Below are positions 48,604 to 60,827 of a DNA stretch of 64,000 nucleotides, piece by piece. Source of the stretch: Schmidtea polychroa. Lineage: Eukaryota. The first letter of the stretch is position 1. Each line of letters opens with the position of its first letter. The translations under genes and the position numbers were made by a program. The notes below the pieces were generated by a model that saw nothing but the letters and a program-made list of their open reading frames with translations, was not told the DNA's origin and ran no database searches. The stretch is taken from the NCBI GenBank assembly GCA_044892525.1, contig CM097886.1, forward strand, positions 15,624,001 to 15,688,000, in the 5' to 3' direction.

Positions 48604-51600
48604 TCATACATTATTCCTATAATCTAAGCGTTGGTCTAGATTTTCCATTGGTATTGCTCCAGAAATAGTTGGATTATTTTGATTTATCCAGTCTCCAGAT
48701 CTATGGGTTGAGTATCGAGAAGGTTGTGGTTCTGCATATCTTATCTTGGAGAAAGTCCCCAAACTATTTCCAAAAGAACCGAGAGAATTAGTATTGATAA
48801 AAGCTTTATGAGATGGCATATTAATAATATTATTGCTAATATTATTATTATTATTAAAAACTGAAGTATTGCACGCTTGATTGTTTGTTATTGCAGAATA
48901 TCCACTGGAAGAATTCAAACTGGTATTTGAGTTTTGATACTTAATCTGATATTCCAAATTAGACCTTCTCTTGTTTTCCTGAATGAAAAAAATTCAAACC
49001 AATGTTAAAAAACTTTTTCATTTACTTTAGAATCGTCATAGAAGTTCTTGGAACATTGGTTTCGATCTATCCCTAAATCGCAGTTCATTTTCGGATACAC
49101 CAGCTCATTGCTATTGTACTCTTGACCATATGAAAGAGGAATATTTTCATCTAATTTCATCGATGTCTCAGACGAAAGTCCATATTTACTAGGATGACCG
49201 CTTGTTCCATAAGAGGAAATTGATTGTTTATTTTCATCATAAGATAAATTGAAATCTTGGGTATCCGAATGGGTTATATGGTCTATGTTGAATATATTTA
49301 AAACAAAAAATCAGTATAATGTTACCATTCGGATGTTTAAGGGGCATTTGAGCAACATCTGGCAACCCTAGATTGTTTGTGTTATATCTTTTAAATTTTG
49401 CCCGAGACGATCCCAAACTCATATTTGTATTCCAGCTGTTCGAAGTCTTGGGGGATTCAGTATGAGATGAAGGACAACTTAAATAAAGATTTTAAAATTA
49501 TTACTCGTTTCTAACAATTTACTTTGAATCTTTGTAGATCAACTGATTTTTAATGCAAACATACTTTCGTCTCAACAAGTACAAAACGATGGACACGATA
49601 ATGACTATAATGGCACCAATAGGTACTGTTGATGCCAAGATGATCTGTAATTCTGTAAGTTTTCTAGGAAACAATGAGGGTTTTATTCCAGGAATCGACA
49701 TCGTCAGTTCGACGTACGCATATGATGTTTTCAGTCCGGAACTAAAATTCGAAACGAGTGAGTTAAAAATAATCCTTTGTAAATATTTTTAAAGATGTCA
49801 ATTCAAAAACATTTTTAATTAAAGGTTTTTAAAGGTTCCTAAAAATTACTATTTTATATTTGGATTGTACTCTTTTTAGCAAATGTTAACATCGTCAGAG
49901 CCGTTCTAACTCAATAAGGTTACCCAGTGATTTATGTTTTCCTAACTCTGAGTCAAGCAGAACGTAATTATTCAAATATAGAAAGAGAAGCCTTAGTGGT
50001 TGTATGGTCTGTAACCAGATTGAGTCATTTCCTTTTAGGAAGAAAATTCCTAATTCAGACCGAACATTGTCCGTTGAAATATTTATTTGGAAGTGACAGG
50101 GCCATCCTAGAACAAGTCTCAGCACGGGTAACAAAATGGGCAATACAACTGATAAAATACGACTATGATATAACATATATTCCCGGAGCACAGATCCCAC
50201 ACGCCATGGAATCCCCGCCATACTTTCCCAGTTCAAACCATCTTGAAGGGTATAAAATGTTGGAAAGTAAGTCAATACCATACTGAATTTGACGGGTTTC
50301 TTCAAAAGATGCCATTCTATCATTGGAGATCTGCTGATTCTCAAGATGAGTTCCCATCAGAAATGATTTTTGGGAGACTAATACGCAGACCGATAATACC
50401 TGCATTCCAACAAGGCAAAGTTGTCGACACCTTTTGTCAGACCTCTCTAATGCAAAAGGGCTGGAATACATCATGGGTCATCTCAGAAGATGACTACAAT
50501 CTGATCATGAAATTGGCGAGTGATAACCAGCTATCTCCAAAGGGGCTAAGTCAGACACTGGAGAAGAAAATTACGTTATCACTAGATGAAGCGCCAGGCA
50601 TGAACAGTGATCAGACAGAATAAGTTATACCAATTGCCTCTGAAAACGAGCTTCGAAAGATCAAGAAATTGTAAGATAGTAAGTAAGATAGAGGATATTA
50701 CTGACCAAAATATTTAGCCTGAAGAAATTGGTAACCAACATTGCAAGCAACAAAATAGAGCATACACTATACATATCGAGTTGAGGAAGTTGCGTTATAT
50801 TGCATCTTTGTTATATAAGATTATCAAATGAGATTGTAAAAAATAAAACGTGTTAAAATTGAAAAAGAAATACCTTGCGGAAATTCGAAATTGAAAAGAT
50901 TTTTGATAACTTTTTGGAATTTCTTCATTAGTTGCAGACCGTTTCAATCGCTGGCTGTACTCCTTTTCAATGGTAAATTCGTTCTTAATATAAATTGCTC
51001 CTGTCTCATTGTTAATGCCGAAATTCTTTGACGGATTTTCGACAATCTGATAAGAAACCAATCCAAATCGACCGCGATCTTTATCTGTGGCATAGATAGT
51101 GAACAAAATCTGACCAAGTTTCGGTATTCCTCCATCGACATTATGACTGTAGGACTGATGGACAAATTCCGGGAAATACTCATCAATATCCAACACTGAT
51201 ATCTCCACCATGATTGTATGACTGCAACTCCTCAAATAAAAGTAAGAGCCTTTTATCAATAGCTGTAAACGATAATTTTCTTGAGTTTCAAAATCTAAAA
51301 AGGATTTCGATTTGATACTACAGCCAGAATTTGGAGATTGAGAACAAGCCAATTCAAAGTTATCATTGGGGGCTAAAAAATATCTTAAAAATATAAATTC
51401 ATAAATAAATATCCACAAATACATATATATATTTATTTACTGTATATCGTGATACCAATTAGGAAGCTTCAATGCAGTCGTCTTTGGTGGTTCGTTTTCA
51501 TTTATCACCCCGGTTAAACGCTTTATTTCGACACACTTTTTCAAACTTCCTATAATTTGCTTTGGAACTTCAATATTGAAAAATATGTAGCCATTTTCAT

Positions 51601-51643
51601 AGAGATTCGATCGACTATTCTGATACTTCTGTGCTTTTACTAC
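48604..51643 (-). CDS. Cadherin-superfamily type I membrane protein, 3' portion; 5' exons not identified
   Basis: Phase-consistent exons 51643-51441, 51383-50874, ~49775-49565, 49477-49326, 49282-49026, 48978-48604. Motifs INENEPP, LDFE, DIDEYFPEF, ATDKD.G..G.V.Y.I, FGINNETGAI; TM IILASTVPIGAIIVIIVSIVLYLL; low-complexity tail. Confidence 0.9.
49905..50700 (+). pseudogene. Degenerate Gypsy pol fragment (RNase H, partial integrase) in a cadherin intron
   Basis: YSNIEREALVVVWSVTRLSHFLLGRKFLIQTEHCPL..RVTKWAIQL..YDYDITYIPG. Confidence 0.85.
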
Positions 51644-51782
51644 CTAAATTTACAAGTTAATTACAAATAAATAAAGTTATACATAAAATACAATGTGTAC
51701 CATTAAATACATTAATGGAATAAAATACATTAAAGAAACTTCAAAATAAATACATATTTCAAATTTTAATGTTATTCAACAA

Positions 51783-52231
51783 TCTAATATATAAAGATGA
51801 ATGTTTGTTTGTTTGTTACCAATAGACTTCTTCACCGTTAGACCTAGGGTGCTAGACCTAGGATAGATCTAATTTCCATAACCCTGGGTACCCTAAGTCG
51901 GTTTGTTTGTCTGTCCGGTCAGCAATTTACCATATAAATAATAACTTATTATATGCTTGCTACTTACAATTGGAAGTAATATAATTTAGTCAAATGTTTT
52001 CAAAGCAAAATTCAAACATGGAGATTTTGAATTTTATTTGATTAGTGAAAAATATTGCCAGTTATTTTTCAATTTTACAAATTGAAATTTATTTTGAAAG
52101 TTTTTCTTATTGTGAATTAAACATGGAATTGAATTAATACTGAAACGTAATGACATCATTAAACAAAAAATTAATTTAAAGGAATTATTATAATAAATCT
52201 AAACTCGGGCGAAGCCGGGTAAAACAGCTAG
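51783..52231 (+). mobile_element. Non-autonomous Helitron
   Basis: A|TCTAATATATAAAG start, (TTTG)n, subterminal hairpin CGGGCGAAGCCGGG, CTAG|T end, no TSD. Confidence 0.85.
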
Positions 52232-52849
52232 TAATATTTAAATTGTTGAATTAAAAAAAATTTCCAAAAGTACTAAAAATGTTTGAACGTTTTAAAATGT
52301 TTTTTTATTTTTATCGGTATAGAAAATTGTAAAATGGATTTTGGTGCCCTAGGTGGTTGTCTAGTTCGTCTATATGGTAGAGCCACCACTATACTATTTA
52401 CGGTACCTCTGTGTCATGTCCAGAGCTTTTTGAAAGAAACGACATTATGCAATCCTCATTATGTAAATAAATATTAAAATAATTTTTAAACAGCCAGCTT
52501 GAAATAAAAATATAATTATTGATAGCTGTATTAAAAAACGCATTTAAATGGTTATACTAAATTTCGCTTTGACTTCTGCGTCTGCAGATTCTAGTACTAA
52601 GTTCTAATGACTATGGACATAACAATATTGCTAAATCTAAATAAGTTATTCTGATTATTTTAAAAATTTTTACTACCAAAACAATAGAAATTTTAATTTG
52701 AAGTGAAGCGCAAAATCACAGTTGAAAGAACCACAAGGGGCTCGCAAAATTTTTAAAAAGTTAACAAGGGGCTCTGCCGACCCCCCGCGGGACATACATA
52801 GCTCACCACTGGTTATAAGTATGCGTCTTATGCATTTAAGTGTAGATTT

Positions 52850-54300
52850 TTAAAATATGAAGTAAAGTTTCTGGGACATATTATTAGTATAAATGGAGTA
52901 GAAACGAAGGAGGATAAAATCAAAGTAGTGAAAAAATTCGAAAGACCGAAGTGTGTAAAAAAACTCAGGAGTTTCCTGTGGTTAATCAATTACTATAGGA
53001 AATGTATTAAAGACTATACACAAGATTTTAAGCTCCTTAAATATTTGTATGGAAGTAAACAGTAAAAGTTGATTTGGAAAGAGCAATGTGAAAACTTAAA
53101 GTTAAATTAATCAAAGCCCCAATCTTAAAATATCCATATTATTCAAAACCATTTATTCTAGATACCGGTGTTGGTTTTGACCGTATTATGACGGTTGGAA
53201 AAGAGAATGTGATTGCACGTGGGTAACATGCTATGTCAAAACACGAAGTTGGTTATTGCATAACAAGGAAGGAACTTCTAGCTATACATTATTTTACGAA
53301 AAACTTTTAACATTATTTTTATGGAAAGAAATTATACTACGCACGGACCAAAAAGCAATTATCTTTATGATAAAAATTCAAAAGCTATAACACCACAGTT
53401 CAAGACGTGGGTCAACTACTTAAACAGCTTAGAAATATACTTTCAATATTGGAAAGGAGAAGAACTGCAATGCAGACGTATTGCCAAGAATCGAATGTAC
53501 AACATGTGTTCAATGCCAAACCATCTACAAAAGCCAAAAAACAAGTAAATTAAAAATTATAAATTATTAGCAACAATGACAAAAAATCCAGAAGTAGAAT
53601 GGCAAAGTTGTTGAAATAAAATCAAGGAACTTATAGAAAACTTAAGCCGAAATGAGAAAAACATATTCAAATTAAAAGACTGAGTGATATTGTCAGAGTA
53701 TAATAAACTATGGATGCCAAATAACCAAAGAACAGCATTTTACAATTATATCATAAAAGGTTATGTCACAATGGGGCAAGAAAAGTGTACAAATATGTAT
53801 TGAATCGTTTTTTTTATGAAAAGTATAAGAAACGCGATACAGGGTGTGATTCAAGATTTAAAAAATTGCCAAAAGCTATAAAATTCAACACCTCAAACTA
53901 AGGAGAAAATATGCAAAATCCCAGAAACGAATTTATTTGAGAAGATATTTGATTTTTGTGGGTCACTAAGCCAAACACAATATGGAATGAAGTATAATTT
54001 TGGCATTGCTGATAGACATAATAAGTATTTTTCACCACATGTAGTTGCTTCAATTTTGAAGAAAAGCTGGTTATTAAAATGCGATGCGACAAGATTTAAA
54101 CATTATGTTTTACGTTCAAGAATATTACCGATCTAGTAGAATGAGTAATATTTGTTAGCATAATAAAGTTGGTAAAATGTAGTTAGGTATGTCCCATTTT
54201 AAAATTGTGTTTAAAACTTGATAAACTATTTGGAAAGAATTGTTTGAGGCATTGATGATAACATAATTAGATCCTAAAATCTAAGTTCCAAGTGTAGTGA
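52850..54300 (+). pseudogene. Highly decayed Gypsy pol remnant
   Basis: EVKFLGHIIS..KLRSFL..INYYRK, PILKYP..KPFILDT, YCITRKELLA, HKRLCH; many stops and frameshifts. Confidence 0.8.
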
Positions 54301-54649
54301 CCACAACTTTTTTAAAGTTTTGAATAAATTTATAGTTGTGATTTTGATTGTCTTCTTTGGTATTTAAATCGTTTTCATACCTGTTTTATTTAAAATAAAT
54401 ATAACTTATTGACTTGAATTTTGCATTAAATTTATGCTAAGGGTGAGTATTATAGAAACCATAGGCTTTAAAATGAATAATGATAAAAAGATAAAATTTA
54501 TTCAAGGATGTAAGAATTTCAAGGAGAATCGATTGTTTTGGTAGGTTTAAGAAACGTCTAATGGAATGTTCTTCTTATAGACAACTTTGCTCATCTTTAT
54601 TCTATTTTATTTTAAGGAGTGCCATACACACATGAAATTCTTTTAATCT

Positions 54650-55908
54650 CTGTAGGATAAATTCAAAAAAATTAGGAATTTACATGTATGTTCTATCCAT
54701 CAATTCTTAACTACTACACCACTTAAAAAATAAATATGATAAAAGCAGAAAAATTTGTACACTGCTGATACAAGTACAAACACTTTTAGTGGCATACTGT
54801 CAGAATAACGGCATTAATATATCTGATCTAATTGCACCCAGTAAATTACAAACAAAATTGAACACACATTTCGGTGTATTGCCATTCCGTTCAAAACCTC
54901 ATGTGAGTTTGATATACAAATTGTCTGCATATACACAAAAGCGCATAAATTATGTCCAACAAAGATAAATATTATAGGCAGATGGTATGTTAATACATTT
55001 TTAAATTTTACAATTTGTTACATTTTTCTAAAGTTTTTTTAAATAATTTTAATTTTTTTAAATAAATAAATTAATATTATTAAAAATAAAATTTTGTATT
55101 TATTATAAATTTCAGGTCACTTACGTAACATTTTTGTAAACGGTAATATTTATTAAATTGTCATATAAATATATTTATGAAGCTATTATAAAATGCTTTC
55201 AATTAAAAATAATTTCGGGAAATGTGTTTGATGTGATTGAAGTAATTTTCTCCTTGCTCCGGGACTTTGATCAATCTTATTTTTTATCAATTTCTGAATA
55301 TTTAAAAAAAAATAACTTAAAATTTAATATTTCAATTATAAATCATGTTGTTCGATGCATTTCTCATATATTTCCCATAATTTCTGGTAATTTATCATCT
55401 TTTTCCAAATTTCTAAAAATGTTTTCAGTTGGATTTTTCTAATAAATTATAATTTACATCAATCTATTTTGCATCTCTTCTACTTATAGAAAGTTGAAAT
55501 GTGATAAAACGCTAGAAAACACCTTAAATTGCTTAATTTTATAATTAAAACCTCCAGTAATAAAAGATTACTGTCCATAGGTTTTATCCGTCTGTGTGTA
55601 TTTTTTTATTATAGGATTGTTATGAGTAGTGTAAATTATTGTAAATTAAATTTAATAAATTTAATTCTATAGTTTTTCCATTAATTATATTTTTGATATC
55701 TATGAAAAATAAAAAAAAATTTTCAATTGAAATATTGTTGTTTTGTAACTGACTAAATGCCGGAAGTAAACATTTTTCTGTTTCAAAGAATAACTTAAGA
55801 CTATCGAAGAAAACAAGGAATGCAGAGAATTTCTTTTAATTGCAATATAAATTTTAATTAAAATTTTTCAAAAACCATTTATTATTGTACTAAAATCTAT
55901 TAACAATT
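54650..55908 (+). pseudogene. Degraded coding-like region of unknown product
   Basis: Several short open frames with splice-like boundaries and in-frame stops; ends VLKSINN*, mirrored by VLKSVNN* in the inverted copy near 63095. Confidence 0.3.
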
Positions 55909-57203
55909 AAAACAAAATATGGATATAAATCGAGAAATAAAATTCTAGACAGAATATTAAACCCATTCGAGTGAAAAATAATTTGAATTATTTTTATTCA
56001 TTTTAACATTATTTTTTTTCCATTTCTACCTGGAGTCAGTGACAAGTGTGATATATTTGTTTTATTGCTTACAAATGCCGGTTACCGATGTCGCATAAAT
56101 TTTGTTTTTTCTATTGGTTTTACATCACTAACGACTCGAAAAACTAGAAACAGGCATATCTCAAAAAGATTTGGGTTCGGTTCGATTTGATGCGTATCAA
56201 TGATTGGAAATTTAGATCTTTGTGATTCCATATCACGGTTCATTTCTGCCCTCTCTCAGTACTTTCAAACTGAAGAAAGGCAAAGATCAAAAAAAGGTAA
56301 AAATTCTACGCTGATCGATTTTGTTTGAAGACAAATAAAAATCAAAATACTCATCCAGAACCTCAAAAGAATATCCCACGTTTGAATAGAACATGACGCT
56401 CACTAAATGTTTTATCCAGGCAGTCAGAGAATAAAAACAATGTAAACAGAAAAAATAAAATATATAACCAATTTGTACTGATAAAATCAGTTCAATATCA
56501 AATGTTGCTACTAGTCTCGAGAATAAGACTTAAAAATGATACATATCTATAATCTGATATTCGTAAAGAACAAACTTTACACGAATTCATAGAGGTATCG
56601 GTTACATTTACGGTTAAAATTAATCTATTGTCTTCTTTAATTATCATTCTCTATGTAAATGGGCTTCCATTGCCTCGATCAACTTGTCAAAGAGATTTTT
56701 AAAAAGCTTATTTACTGTTTTATTTAGTTATAATTGTTTTTTCTCCAGTTTTTCTCCAACCTAATTTGATCAAATTGGCCTCCTAATAATACAATTATAA
56801 ATGCTATAAATATGTTATAAATATGCAATAAAAAATATCTACAATTTTTATAAAAAAATATTAAATTATTGAACCAGTCCATTGAACAATAAAACACTAT
56901 GAAAATATTATAATCATAAATAATATGAAATGATTTATTTTTGACATTTTTAATAGAGAAAAATATCAAATAAAAATTAAATCAAGAAAATTGGGACTAG
57001 GAAAAATAATTCATGAAATCTTCATTTAACCAATCAAACAAAATGAACATTTTTTCATTATTAAATATTGTAAAAATATTTCATAAAAATTGGTAAATAC
57101 TTTTTAAGTATTTAAAAAAAATCATTTAAAATATTTTGTTCTACTAAATTTGATAACGATAAACAAGAAATAATATAATTAAAATTAAGTATATCAGAAA
57201 ATG

Positions 57204-57211
57204 ATTGTTTC

Positions 57212-57260
<49 letters not shown>
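57204..57260 (+). repeat. (ATT)n microsatellite
   Basis: About 18-19 uninterrupted ATT units. Confidence 0.95.
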
Positions 57261-59299
57261 GAGATTGACAAGGACTATCGTATAGTCGAAAATTCTTTCA
57301 TTAAATACATTATTTGCAGCAAAAGGNNNNNNNNNNNNNNNNNNNNNNNNNNNNNNNNNNNNNNNNNNNNNNNNNNNNNNNNNNNNNNNNNNNNNNNNNN
57401 NNNNNNNNNNNNNNNNNNNNNNNNNNNNNNNNNNNNNNNNNNNNNNNNNNNNNNNNNNNNNNNNNNNNNNNTTAATAAATGATGAACGATATCCCAGTGG
57501 GTTGATGTCAATTTATACATGTGCATCATATGACATAATATTTGCTTGTTAGATGACTTATCAAATACAAATTTCCAATAGGTGATATGAATGTTTAGTA
57601 AAAGGTCACAATGGTAACCTGCGTCTTAACTCCTTGTTCAAATTATCCAATTATCTTTACATGGGCAAAAATTGACGGAATACTGGGCAAGTTTATACAT
57701 ATATGTAAGCTTAACTACATGTTGAGGAGAAAATAACGACAAAATCCAAATATCAGATTCATTCAATTATCCTACTGAATAATGACGACAAAACAAGAGC
57801 AAAAAGACAGCTTGGCAACGACAACGATTACATTAGATCCGTGCGGGGAAATTGATTTTGATAATCAATTTGCATTCTCTTCCACACCCCCCCCCTATCT
57901 GAAAAGAATTCTAACTGGGAAAATTTATTTACTAGTATGCGGTCTCTGATTTCAAGAAATGAGGATTTATTCCTCACAAATAATGATTGAGATTCATATC
58001 GGCTGATTTCATAAGCCTAGAGAGGCTGCAACAATGATCAGAATTATCAATTACTCACAAATGAGAAAACATTTTATTATTTGTTACCTTTTCTTTTTGA
58101 GATATATATTTTATTGATTTTACTTTCTTATAAACATTTTATTAATATCATTATGTTAATTATAAATTGATTAAATCACATTTTAATATTTTAATAAAAT
58201 TGTTGAAGGATAAAATTTAATTTAGAAATAAGATATTTTNNNNNNNNNNNNNNNNNNNNNNNNNNNNNNNNNNNNNNNNNNNNNNNNNNNNNNNNNNNNN
58301 NNNNNNNNNNNNNNNNNNNNNNNNNNNNNNNNNNNNNNNNNNNNNNNNNNNNNNNNNNNNNNNNNNNNNNNNNNNNNNNNNNNNNNNNNNNNNNNNNNNN
58401 NNNNNNNNNNNNNNNNNNNNNNNNNNNNNNNNNNNNNNNNNNNNNNNNNNNNNNAGAAAATTTACGATTCATATGTTTTCTTGGATGAAAAAGGGTGTAA
58501 CAATATGCGTACATTGAGTGTAGATACTGGGCTGACTCTTGGTATATGTCAAAACCATTCATACCCATTGATGTTATAACCAAATCACCAAAATATTAAA
58601 ACATATGACTTGAAATTCAGTAAAGAATGGAAATTTAAATCTAGGTCTAAAAATGTGAACTTCAAAAGTATTCTTTGGCTTATGATCGTTCAACTGGTAG
58701 AGACATTAATTCTGTTATTGAAGGTTATCTTTATTGACATCTTTCTATATATTGCAATCATGATGCAAGAAATGTTAATTCTACATTCAACAACAGGTTC
58801 TCATTTCAATATAAAACGACATCGAAAAACTTTATGACTTTAATAAAATTATATATGATTTTGCAAACATAACATTTATACCCTTTTTTCGCTTTATAAT
58901 ATGTTTTCATCTGAAAAGAGGCTTAGTAAAGAGTAGTTATTTATTAACACTCTCAGTGCCATGTCAGTTATTTTTGACTGACAGTGCTTTGCAGTGACAG
59001 CAAAGAAAGAGAAAATATGGAAATATTTTGGTCTACTGTGATTTTCGTAATAGGTAAGTTTATTTGCATGAGGTCGATCACGTCGATTTGTCTGACAGAG
59101 ACTTATTTTAAAATAAACTTGTCACGTCTGTGTGTCTGACAATAACATGTTAAAAAAGGCCTCTTTTTCTGTGGCAATGAGATTGTTAAAAGTTAATGGC
59201 TTATTAAATGCTCAAATACAATTTATTCATCAAAATCATCTTCCTCTTCGCTTGCAAAGTTTTCTTCGTTCATTAAAATTTCTATTAATTGTTATCGAA

Positions 59300-60827
59300 T
59301 ATCTTCATCTAAATCCTTACATTTATCATCATAATCTTTTTCAAAATCATTTTCACTATCAATGACATACCCTTTCTGCTCGTCGTTGTAAAAGTCGACG
59401 GTAGTCTTTTCAAAACCCTTTTAATAGTTGTTACTGGAACTTCATTCCATAAATCAGAAATCCATTTACATATTTCTTCGTAAGATGCACACTTTAAGTT
59501 TCCTGATTTTGTTAATATTTTATGTCCACTCGTCATCAAGCTCTCTTTTTGTTTCGAAAATGTTGCTTAAATAATTTATTAACACTATTATTTTTAACTA
59601 ACAAGATTTTGGTTAATAGCCATCGATGCAATATTTTCACGAAATTTCTTTTTGACATCTTCAGTTCTGTGAGCAGGAGCGACATGGAGCATAAGCAAGG
59701 ATTTACGTTTAAAAATAGATGTCTTTAGTTTTATTCAAACTTTTTCATTCCAAAGTTGAGTTTCGAAAGCTGTCATACAAGATTTTTCATTTTCGAAAAC
59801 GACAATATTCGATGTTAGAATTATCTTACGTCGAAAAATAACGCAGGGTAGAAGCTTATTTCGAATTGTAATTACACACAAGACTACAATAAATTGAAAT
59901 TTTCCCGCATCAGTTGTATTGATACGAATATCTAATCCAGTGGTTCTCAATTAATATAAAAGCGCGGAACACCATTCACATGATTTTTTTACGTGGAACA
60001 CTGACAAAAAAATACTTGCCCACAATGAATGACCAATCACAAATTACTATAAGCAAAGAAAATACCACGCGCAACAATAACAAGCAATAAAAACACTTAT
60101 ATCTGTATGTTTATATATCTGTGTAACGGCTTTCTTATTGAATCATCTTATAAAACAATTAATTGAGGTTTTTGATGATATGTATCTTAAATGCAAATTT
60201 AAAGATAAAATGTGATTTTTTTCGCGAAACACTGGAAGCGTAATCGCGGAAAACGGGTTGAGAACCACTGACCTAATCTATACTTTTGGTCCATATTTAA
60301 ATGTGATGACACATGGAATGTGATTGGATCCTTATCTTTGTTGCTGATGTGATCAAGTGTAAAGTTGGTTTTGTGGTCATTAAAGAATTTCACACAATTA
60401 CTCATTTTTTGTTATCAATCATGTGGTAAATGTTGACCAATTGATCTAACAACTCAACGAACAATTCCATTTCGTTTCATGAACTCAAAAATCAAAATAT
60501 CAAAGTTTTTAAAATTTTCGATCTCTATACGAATACCATAAACACGCGTTTCTCGTAAAATAGAAGTTTCTTACACTGAATGTCCGTTTGAGACGTCAAA
60601 TGAGTTTCTGAATCCAACCCTTTCATCGTTTATATGATTTTGACAGCTTTCACTGATTCATTTCGTCTTGATTGCATCTCTTGCTTTTGATATTCCCATA
60701 GATTAATTTGACTGATAATAACTCCAAAATGATGTGCTGCCTTAGAATTTGGGTTTTCCTCTGCAAATTTGATTGTATCAAGCTTAAAACTCAATGAATA
60801 AGAATTTCGTTTCTTTACCGAAGACAC
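59300..60827 (-). pseudogene. Decayed pogo-family transposase
   Basis: KRNSYSLSFKLDTIKFAEE..AAHHFGV (DNA-binding), ISNKDKDPITF, INTTDAGKFQFIVVLCV..KLLPCVIF, TKSGNLKCASYEEICKWI..W. Confidence 0.8.
59938..60270. mobile_element. hAT MITE inserted in the pogo remnant
   Basis: Perfect 13-bp TIR CAGTGGTTCTCAA; TSD ATCTAATC/ACCTAATC. Confidence 0.9.

Noticed and set aside
57201-57482. Poly-isoleucine membrane protein
   Set aside because: Translation of an (ATT)n microsatellite plus a MITE arm and N.
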